In this document: piece by piece, positions 26,701-33,849 of the stretch
Layout: each line of letters opens with the position of its first letter
Numbering within the stretch: the stretch's first letter is position 1
Assembly (NCBI GenBank): GCA_963669175.1
Contig: OY769902.1
Location: 4,576,001 to 4,640,000, forward strand
Source: a bacterium
Lineage (GTDB): Bacteria > Electryoneota > Electryoneia > Electryoneales > Electryoneaceae
Length of the DNA: 64,000 nt
Direction of reading: 5' to 3'
Translations under genes and position numbers: made by a program
Notes under the pieces: model-generated
Seen by the model: the letters and a program-made list of their open reading frames with translations, nothing else
The model's database searches: none
What the model was told of the DNA's origin: nothing

Positions 26701-29094
26701 GGGATATGGTCTTATTACGACCCGGAAATGGGATACTATATCATCCAGTGGAATGTCCAGACTGCATTCAACTCATCCCAGGAGGATTTCCAGGTCATTC
26801 TCATGGATCCTTCTTTTTATCCAACGACAAGCGGTAATGGCCGTATCCTCTTCGTCTATGATGTCTTTAACCTGTCTTCCAATGTCGGATCTGATAACAG
26901 GTATGTAACTATTGGTATTGAGAACCAGGACCAATCAGATGGCGTCCTTTATACTTACTGGACCGATTACACAGCCGGCTCTACTCCCCTTGAGGACCAG
27001 ATGGCGATCCTTTTCACGGATGACCTTGCGACACTACCATCGCCGCCACTGGTTGAGCTGTTTCCTACGGATGGATTTGATTTTGTTATTACCGGTTCTG
27101 AAACCCTCAGGGACTCCTTTTTCATTGGCAATCTTGATGGTGGGGTGCTGACCTGGAATCTGACCATGGTGGATGATAATGTTCCCATGGAAGCCCGTTT
27201 GAGCCAGGCACAACGATATTCGCAGTATTCATCACCCGGAAAATCCGTGGAGGATTCATCAACGGTTGGAAAACCTGGTAGCCATTACAGAAAGGGTATG
27301 GATGATCAGTCCCTCACACCACTCGATCAATATTACCTGTCAGTGGAGAAGGGTGAGCAGGGTCTGGGTGGTCCTCCGGAACTCGACAATTTCGGTGGTC
27401 CCGATGCTTTTGGATATATATGGAAGGACTCAAATGAACCTGGTGGTCCTGAATACGCCTGGCATTCAAACCTTGGCAGAGTAATAAACTCGTTTGCACC
27501 TGATTATGATGATGGCTTCTCCGATGCTATCGAATTACCATTCAGTTTCCCGTTTTACGGTGTTGAGTATAATGAAATCTATATCAACACAAATGGTTAT
27601 ATATCCTTCATCCCCGACCAGGAACCTCTCTGGTCAAATCGTATTCTGCCTGATGAAACCGCGAACCTGGCCATGATCGGCCCCTGGTGGGATGATTTGA
27701 ACCTGGATCCGGATGACGAGGGGGGTGGCGAAGTATATTTCTGGCATAATGACGAAAACCTTGCTGTGGTTACCTGGTCGGAATGTATCGGCTGGGGCGG
27801 ACGTGGCGGCCCGTATACTTTCCAGCTTCTCCTCAAGTCAAATGGCCTGATCAAATTCCAATACCAGGACATGGGCGAGGAAGATGACGACCGGCATGAT
27901 GAGTCAACGATCGGCATTCAGAATGCAGATGCGACCATCGGCCTGACTGTTATTCACGAGTGGGCCGGATATATTGAAAACGAACTGGCTGTCTCCATGC
28001 TGGTCCCGCAATACTGGTTCTCGGTATCACCCCATGCCGGCTATACGATAAGCGGTGAAATTGATGCTGCCCGTATTAGCATCCTCGGCGAAGATTTGCC
28101 TTTTGGCGATTACCAGGGGTCTATCCTGTTCCAGTCAAACTCCAGCAACCTGCCAAACCAGCTAATCCCCGTTTCCTTATCCGTTCTTGAAAGTGGGCAT
28201 GGTCCATACATCTCACAAATACCATCCCAGACAGTCGCACTGAACGAAGACTTTGACCTGGTAAACCTCAATGACTATGTCGTTGACCCAAACTATCCCG
28301 ACAACCAGATAGAGTGGGATGTGGCTGGTGAGAATCACCTGATTATTCAAATCAATAACGGTATTGCCGTGATCACAGCTGCAACCCAGGACTGGACAGG
28401 CTCTGATGATATCACCTTCATCGCTTCCAATCCCGAGAACCTGTCGGACAGTTGCGTAGTAACCTTCACAAAAGTAGCAGTAAATCAACCTCCCGTAGCG
28501 TTTATGCTGAGAAGACCTGAAAATGAAATGATCTTTAACAAGGACATCATCAATTTCATCTGGGATCCTGCCGATGATCCCGAAGGCATGCCAGTAACGT
28601 ATACACTGTATATTCAGACACTTGACGATACTGTATCCTACTCCACTGGACAGTTGTTTGCAGCGACAGTGATGCTGGATTCCACAGGACTTCCGGATAA
28701 CGGCACCACCAGCCAGGATTACCACTGGTGGGTGGAAGCGTCCGACCCACGTGACCATGTAACAATGTGCGATGAAGCTTATGCCTTTATCGTGGACTGG
28801 ACATACATCGAAGAGGCTGACAAACTTCCGGAAGACTTTGCGATCAGTGATCCCTGGCCCAACCCGTTCAACTCAACTGTAGCAATTGAAGTGGCGCTGC
28901 CCCAAATGGCTGATGCCAGCATTGAAATCTATGATGTTCTGGGACGACGTGTGGAGAAGATAGTCCGCAATTCGCTTTCACCGGGCTATCACACCCTCAC
29001 CTGGAACGGACAGAATGTTGCATCCGGCGTCTATTTCATACGAAGCAGTCTCGGTCCGCAATCCTGTATCAGAAAGGTCACTCTACTCCGGTAG
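23743..29094 (+). CDS. 1783-aa secreted C25 (gingipain-family) protein with Ig-like and GPDxxGY (nidogen-like) modules and T9SS-type C-terminal domain
   Basis: Signal peptide; YVQWKRELG, ILLIGD, PDVSIGRFS, ITCGTG, NLMGDP; two GPDxxGY...IAPFWDDL modules; WPNPFNS...SGVYF...KVTLLR. Confidence 0.9.
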   Translation: MFPRARLLFIAPLLLSVLLLLFSGISSVAYASQQNLGVTNLQVSSTRLTAQIQVSEWQINEQNGVEFLSIPGAISDSGTVPIFTTWLAAVDGNRPVATVQAYGSLIPTGVYDQSAPATSPGCSTGDPVLFKGIPLFPIRITPATINESGELYLPEQLDLSVEFVPDQQITAMTNTSAIRMSEDMYQMMDDIILNLDELDITVTAPLGRILVVTPDDDMTIEQLQDYVQWKRELGYQVEVMSPESNGNHNDINDLITSRFMDDSVAPLEHILLIGDDGNGVSDACEMACGGNYGDHVYTLLSGADEIPDVSIGRFSVRDLTTLGRVVNKTIAYERDVYMDDPEWLSNAVITAGAGSGYSIISTCQTVNWNFLTHGFETDTLWYTMGGSIPDYIIQHVNEGASFVNFRGYYGMSGWNNNHCALFANESKLPVFVTITCGTGSWSTEVTAKSEGIFRAGSGVSDLQGAVACIGTATTNTHTRFNNIVDTGFFDAALFQNVRSVGWALVCAKMRLYETYFGTSDFTQSLDFADWNNLMGDPALRMWMGQPVVPTVECQPNVPQGQNYLDVDVSCNGTLPEFAWATLTQDEVKIDSRRLDSNGHVRLFIDSENDNGENFTLVVAGDNMAPFRGTIFHGEASAQIGIESVDIVGNDSHENFSTPNETLEVTLHFHNYGYTGADGSGTVTSDSPWLEIESGDDFTLPHLNPQESYTLATPVVVHVDPSCPDGAVPSLNVSINNDMLSAIQIPITAWTTTSGGEVSFSGTPGVLLPGNTASLFIPISNVGHIPTGSLQATLSTTAPGITINDSQANYPSIVSNDTISNLGSAFLITASEQFAMGQRISLTLTVESEFGAIDSVHTSFYIGDPREFDVTGPDEYGYWALDSEDDSTLFSLVPRYSWYNINGIGDHLNINDTSDEDDGSVVVNLPFTFRYYGQNYHRITVCSNGWIAMGEHANMVDFRNYTIPSPSGPPAMIAPFWDDLRTSGAGNGIWSYYDPEMGYYIIQWNVQTAFNSSQEDFQVILMDPSFYPTTSGNGRILFVYDVFNLSSNVGSDNRYVTIGIENQDQSDGVLYTYWTDYTAGSTPLEDQMAILFTDDLATLPSPPLVELFPTDGFDFVITGSETLRDSFFIGNLDGGVLTWNLTMVDDNVPMEARLSQAQRYSQYSSPGKSVEDSSTVGKPGSHYRKGMDDQSLTPLDQYYLSVEKGEQGLGGPPELDNFGGPDAFGYIWKDSNEPGGPEYAWHSNLGRVINSFAPDYDDGFSDAIELPFSFPFYGVEYNEIYINTNGYISFIPDQEPLWSNRILPDETANLAMIGPWWDDLNLDPDDEGGGEVYFWHNDENLAVVTWSECIGWGGRGGPYTFQLLLKSNGLIKFQYQDMGEEDDDRHDESTIGIQNADATIGLTVIHEWAGYIENELAVSMLVPQYWFSVSPHAGYTISGEIDAARISILGEDLPFGDYQGSILFQSNSSNLPNQLIPVSLSVLESGHGPYISQIPSQTVALNEDFDLVNLNDYVVDPNYPDNQIEWDVAGENHLIIQINNGIAVITAATQDWTGSDDITFIASNPENLSDSCVVTFTKVAVNQPPVAFMLRRPENEMIFNKDIINFIWDPADDPEGMPVTYTLYIQTLDDTVSYSTGQLFAATVMLDSTGLPDNGTTSQDYHWWVEASDPRDHVTMCDEAYAFIVDWTYIEEADKLPEDFAISDPWPNPFNSTVAIEVALPQMADASIEIYDVLGRRVEKIVRNSLSPGYHTLTWNGQNVASGVYFIRSSLGPQSCIRKVTLLR

Positions 29095-29330
29095 ATCCTT
29101 TTTCTGCGCAGTATCATTTTAAGACAATTGGAAGTTCTCCCTCCTTCAGCAAGAAGTACGCTCCTCTCTTCTCTATCCTACTGTATTGTTATTTCTATGC
29201 TTACAAAAACCAGAGACATTCCTATTCAAATTGGCCTTCCCTTTGCGATAAACGTATCCCAGAAAGCAACATGTTCGAGATTTGAACACTACATGTGCAA
29301 CCAGGATTTGAAGTAGAGGGAGATGGGGCG

Positions 29331-29663
29331 GTGCAGATCAAAACAGAGCAAAACAATGGTGTTGCCATTGTCAACATATCGGGACACAGGCTGGATCTGG
29401 CAAATGCCAACGCTTTCCGGCAAGCCATGGAGCCGATCCTGATTGAAAACCAGAACGTACTGTTTGACTTTGAAGGGTTAAGGTTCATTGACAGTTCAGG
29501 ACTTGGAGCAATACTTCATTCACTGCGAGAATTACGATCACGTGAAGGCAATTTGAAACTATGCAACATGCGTCCGGTAGTACGAAGCCTGTTTGAATTG
29601 GTTCGGATGCACAAGATTATTGAGAACTTTGATTCACGAGAAGAAGCTTTGAAATCCTACTGA
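29331..29663 (+). CDS. STAS-domain anti-sigma factor antagonist
   Basis: FIDSSGLGA phosphorylation motif, LKLCNM; probable GTG start at 29331. Confidence 0.92.
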   Translation: MQIKTEQNNGVAIVNISGHRLDLANANAFRQAMEPILIENQNVLFDFEGLRFIDSSGLGAILHSLRELRSREGNLKLCNMRPVVRSLFELVRMHKIIENFDSREEALKSY

Positions 29664-29701
29664 GTTGACAACCCCTCCCGTGTCAACTCAGTTCTCCCCA
29701 G

Positions 29702-29734
29702 AACGCGCCGACCAATCCGGCGCGTTTCTTTTTT
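29702..29734 (+). terminator. Rho-independent terminator
   Basis: aacgcgccg/cggcgcgtt stem followed by a T-tract. Confidence 0.75.
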
Positions 29735-29803
29735 GTGCTAAACCAAGCGGGACAGCCATACACACGGCTGTCCCGCTTATCAGGTAACATTCTGTTGTAT
29801 GCT

Positions 29804-30508
29804 TTACTTCAACCAGGTTCCGGTTCTGCCAATCCGCCACCGTTGCCACAACGGCGTATTCTCGCTGTTATCCCACGAAAGATGCACCAGGCGCGCCCTG
29901 CCAATGATGTTATCCTCGGGAACCGGCCCGAAGTAACGGCTGTCAAGCGAGTTGTCACGGTTGTCGCCCATCAGGAAAACGTAATCTTCGGGAATCACGT
30001 ACGGTCCCCAGTTATCACGGCTGCCCAGTTTCTCGGGGATACCGCTATGATAAGAACGTGGGTAGGTGCGGGCGTCAATGTGCTGGCCATGCTTGGGTAG
30101 CAGTGACAGGACACCATCGATATAGAGCTGTTTATTGATTACCTGCACTTTCTGACCGCCAAGGGCAACAACACGTTTGACATAGGGAATCCTGTCGTGC
30201 ATGGGCGTTCTGACAACCACGATATCGCCCTGCTCAACCTCACGGATGCCGGGAAGTTTTACCGCTGGGACCGACATGCCGAAATCCGTATAAGGGATGC
30301 CGATCCAGTCCGGGGTGCGTGGACCGAGGGTCACTTTATCGGCAAGCAGGAAATCACCAGTCATGATCGTGCTCTCCATTGACCCTGTCGGCACATGATA
30401 AGCCTGCACCAGTCCAACTTGAAGAGTAATTACAATGACAAGTACAGAGGCAATCTCTTTGATACCATGCAAAACAGGTTTGAGCAGATTGCGAAATGAA
30501 GAAGACAT
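29804..30508 (-). CDS. lepB: Signal peptidase I
   Basis: VPTGSMEST (Ser), YVKRVVALGG (Lys), MGDNRDNSLDSRYFG. Confidence 0.95.
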   Translation of the reverse strand: MSSSFRNLLKPVLHGIKEIASVLVIVITLQVGLVQAYHVPTGSMESTIMTGDFLLADKVTLGPRTPDWIGIPYTDFGMSVPAVKLPGIREVEQGDIVVVRTPMHDRIPYVKRVVALGGQKVQVINKQLYIDGVLSLLPKHGQHIDARTYPRSYHSGIPEKLGSRDNWGPYVIPEDYVFLMGDNRDNSLDSRYFGPVPEDNIIGRARLVHLSWDNSENTPLWQRWRIGRTGTWLK

Positions 30509-30746
30509 GGAATTCTCCCCAGAATGGTTGGCTCCATGTCTTTCACACTCGCTTTTAACCGCTGGTTCCCGTCAGCTCCAGGTTTTGAGAGAGATTGTAA
30601 TTGTAAAAGACTCGGTCTTCTGTGCAATGGGGTATTTTTTTTGAGAGCACACAACATAAGGTTTATTGACTCATCTCATGGCATGGCAACAATCCACCTC
30701 GAAACGGTAACCCCACCCCAGTCGAACTATGCGAATAAGTACACAA

Positions 30747-30989
30747 GAAAATCGGGACTGCTACACTTTTCTGCAAGAAATATTACCTGCGCACAGGTCA
30801 ATGACAGGTTGTAAAGATGAATACTGGCCATAAAAACGTAAACTAATAGCAGAAAAGGTAGCTGTCCCAGGATTTTCGGTTGATCTCGAACAACAAGCTG
30901 GCGAAAAATCCGGTACAGCTACCGTTTCGGACACTCTTGGTGCGAAGTCCTGATTTGGCAAAAATGAAAAGGTAGCAGTCCCATTTTTC
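30747..30989. repeat. Cluster of four REP-like imperfect palindromes (GAAAAGGTAGCWGTCCC...TTTTC family) in alternating orientation
   Basis: 30747-30771 (reverse), 30852-30877, 30903-30928 (reverse), 30966-30989. Confidence 0.75.
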
Positions 30990-31044
30990 GCCGCTACCCT
31001 GTCATCCAGGAAACGCTGTCGTTTAGCCTGACTTGCCCTGAATA

Positions 31045-31694
31045 CTATGAATTCCTACGCCACAGGATAGGGCATCCGCTCAATTCAGTCTTTGCCGTTT
31101 CAACCTTTTCGCTCCGTAACATCTGCTCCACAGCTTTTCGCAGCACCGTATCATTTCGATCAATCACAATCGCTCCATGATACACCATTTTACCTTCCGC
31201 ATTGAACAGGAAGGCTTCCGGGGTACGTGAAGCGCCAAAGGCCAGGGCCAGTCCGCTTGTCGCATCCACGACATAGGGAAATGAGAAATCAAGCTGTTGC
31301 GCAATCCTTTTGTTGAAGTCAAAGCCTTCATTCTCGTTTTTACCGGGATCATTGGGATTCAAGCCGATCACGCCGATTTTGTTCTGACGGCATATCGCCG
31401 CTACAGTTCGGATTTCTTCGGCCCAGGTACGTACATCCGGGCAATCATTCGCGAGGACAGTACAAGGACACCATGTTCTCCCTTCACGTCTTCAATGGAG
31501 ATCAGGCTTCCATCCACATTCTTCATCAACACATCCGCCAGCGGCGTGGGGCTTCCCATTGGCATATCATAGACCGGGGCATCGGGCACATCTTCGATAA
31601 ACCCGGCCTGAGGATTCTGCTGTTCTTTCTTTCCGCAACCAACACCCAGAAAAAGCAGTCCGGTGAGGATAAGCGACAGTGTCCTGTTTCGCAT
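31045..31694 (-). pseudogene. Thioredoxin-fold (AhpC/TSA-like) lipoprotein, frameshifted near 31457
   Basis: Lipobox GVG-C; adding one base joins ...GVLVL to FLANDCPDVRTW...IGLNPND...FPYVVD...FGASRTPEAFLF...GCPI. Confidence 0.78.
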
Positions 31695-31827
31695 CGCAAT
31701 TCTCCTGTCGTAGGGATCTGTACGCGGGGGTGCGTCCGGGAGAAATATACACAAAAGGAACCGTAAAAGACTTGTTTTCTGCCCGCTTCTACTGTTTTTT
31801 TCTGTATCCACCAAAAAGGAGACAAAC

Positions 31828-32364
31828 GTGAAAAGACGGATCACTTCATGGATGTCGGTAACTTGCTTTACCATCACGCTTTTAGCAGCCCCCCTCGTAC
31901 TGCTTCAATGCGGCGGAAATGATAAAGAAGCGACAATTACGACACGTAACCTCGGATCTCACAGCATGTTCAAGGAAGTGAACATGTACCTGACAGTCCG
32001 AGACATCCGCCTGACCATGGATTTCTACAAGGAGTTGGGTTTTGCATCGGCTACCTACCGGCCGGCCGGGGGAGCGCCAAAACAGGCGACCATCCGTGCG
32101 GGCAATGTCGTAATCAACCTTCAATCAGAGGATGCGGTCCTGGAACAATTCCCGGATCTGACACCCTTCCCCGCCCCCGGCGCAGTGAAGATCGAACTGA
32201 TTGTAGCGAATGTGGATGAACTCTTCGATGAGATCAAACTGACTACGACCATCGTAGAAGAACCCAACCAACCGGAACCCGGCTACCGTCAATTTGTGGT
32301 TTCCGACCCGGATGGCTACCTGATCGTGTTAAAACAACCGATGGGTGAGAAGATTTCGATGTAG
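31828..32364 (+). CDS. VOC/glyoxalase-family protein with N-terminal lipoprotein-like signal
   Basis: LTVRDIRLTMDFYKELGF, GYRQFVVSDPDGYLI. Confidence 0.82.
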   Translation: MKRRITSWMSVTCFTITLLAAPLVLLQCGGNDKEATITTRNLGSHSMFKEVNMYLTVRDIRLTMDFYKELGFASATYRPAGGAPKQATIRAGNVVINLQSEDAVLEQFPDLTPFPAPGAVKIELIVANVDELFDEIKLTTTIVEEPNQPEPGYRQFVVSDPDGYLIVLKQPMGEKISM

Positions 32365-32410
32365 GGGTAAAGGAAGACACAAAATATCTACAACTCCAAG
32401 CAAACCATAA

Positions 32411-33697
32411 TCACGGTTCACTAAGCGCCACTTCAATTGCATCGGCCAGTTTGATGCCTGCATCGGTATAGCGCAGGTTTCCGGCATGCCGTTCCAAGTA
32501 GCCCCGGTCAAGAAAACCCACAAGTGCGGCAGGCGGCCAGGTGATATCCGCTTTCTGCGCGAGATTTTGCAGCTTGCTCTCCTCTACGCCGTCACGCAAG
32601 CGCAATCCCAGCATCACCGCCTCTTCGAACTGTTGCAGCGGGGTTAACACTTCTTCTCCGGCCTGTCCGAAACCGGTGGAATCAACGGAATTAAGCCACT
32701 CGGACAATGTATGCTGATTCCAGAACCGTCGTTTTCCTGCCGCCTCAAAGCTGTGCGCCGCCGGACCGATGCCCAAATAGGAGCTGCCATCCCAGTAGGA
32801 TACATTCTGACGGCACCGTTTCCCAGGTGTAGCCCAGTTGGATACTTCATAATGCTCGAATCCGGCTTCACGGAGAAGGCGCATTGTTGTCTCGTACTGC
32901 CTGACTTCAAGATCTTCCGCAAGCTTGAACTCGTCCTGCCCACGTTGCGCCGCCATGGCATACGGAGTGCCATCCTCTATGGTCAGCCCGTATGCGCTGA
33001 CATGTTCTGGCTGCCAACGGATGACTTCTTCAAGCGTCGCTTGCCACGCATCATAGTTCTCGACCAGCGCCTGGTGCGAATGCTTTTGGGCGAAGCAGGT
33101 CGTGCAGGGCTCATCGTCGATCGACAGCATCTCATGGCGTCCTCTCGCCTCGTCACGCGCTACTCGAGCCGTCTGCACCCCGAAAATCAGGTCCACACCG
33201 ACGTTGTCAAATCCAGCGTTCCGCAAGAGTTGAAAGGCTTTCCGGGCCTGCTCGGCATCGTGGATACGTCCCAAACGTTTTAAAATGGGACGGTCCAGCG
33301 ATTGTACCCCGAGCGATACACGGTTAAAGCCCAGCTCACACCAGCAGACCGCCTTTTCACCGTCAAACGTACCGGGATTGATCTCGAGGGTTCTTTCAGC
33401 GTCCGGGCGAATCCTGAAGTGACGTTCAGCAATGGAAACCAGCCGGGATACCTGGGCAGGTGTCAGCAGCGAGGGCGTGCCACCACCGAGGAAAAGGGAG
33501 TGCGCTTCCATTCCTTTCCAGTGCTGTTCCTGGGAAAGAAGCTCCGCCTCCCGGTCCAGGGTATCCAGGTATTGTGCGACAAGCGCCTCGTTGCCCGCAC
33601 CGATTTCGCAGGACGAGAACGCGCAGTACGGGCACTTGCGAACACAGAAGGGTACATGGATGTAGAGGGCGAAGCTTGTATGCTTCATAGACTTCAC
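32411..33697 (-). CDS. hemW: Radical SAM heme chaperone (HemN-like)
   Basis: LYIHVPFCVRKCPYCAF, GGGTPS, SLGVQS, YEVSNW, NVSYW, GIGPAAHS. Confidence 0.9.
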   Translation of the reverse strand: MKSMKHTSFALYIHVPFCVRKCPYCAFSSCEIGAGNEALVAQYLDTLDREAELLSQEQHWKGMEAHSLFLGGGTPSLLTPAQVSRLVSIAERHFRIRPDAERTLEINPGTFDGEKAVCWCELGFNRVSLGVQSLDRPILKRLGRIHDAEQARKAFQLLRNAGFDNVGVDLIFGVQTARVARDEARGRHEMLSIDDEPCTTCFAQKHSHQALVENYDAWQATLEEVIRWQPEHVSAYGLTIEDGTPYAMAAQRGQDEFKLAEDLEVRQYETTMRLLREAGFEHYEVSNWATPGKRCRQNVSYWDGSSYLGIGPAAHSFEAAGKRRFWNQHTLSEWLNSVDSTGFGQAGEEVLTPLQQFEEAVMLGLRLRDGVEESKLQNLAQKADITWPPAALVGFLDRGYLERHAGNLRYTDAGIKLADAIEVALSEP

Positions 33698-33849
33698 CTG
33701 TAAAAAGACACGAAAAACGGGACAGACCGCTACGGGTCAGTCCCTGTTTTTCTTTAGCTATCTCATGTATCAGTTACAAAAGCTATTTGGCCCGATTCAA
33801 TCAACGAACCAAATCTATCTTTTTTCACCTTTTTCACTTGCCACTTTTT

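Noticed and set aside
30747-30989. Mini CRISPR array or integron attC sites
   Set aside because: Units alternate in orientation, are degenerate and irregularly spaced; no integron integrase or clear attC boxes.
31401-31480. Selenocysteine readthrough or programmed frameshift in the redoxin
   Set aside because: The break is a frame change, not an in-frame TGA at the active site, and there is no slippery sequence.
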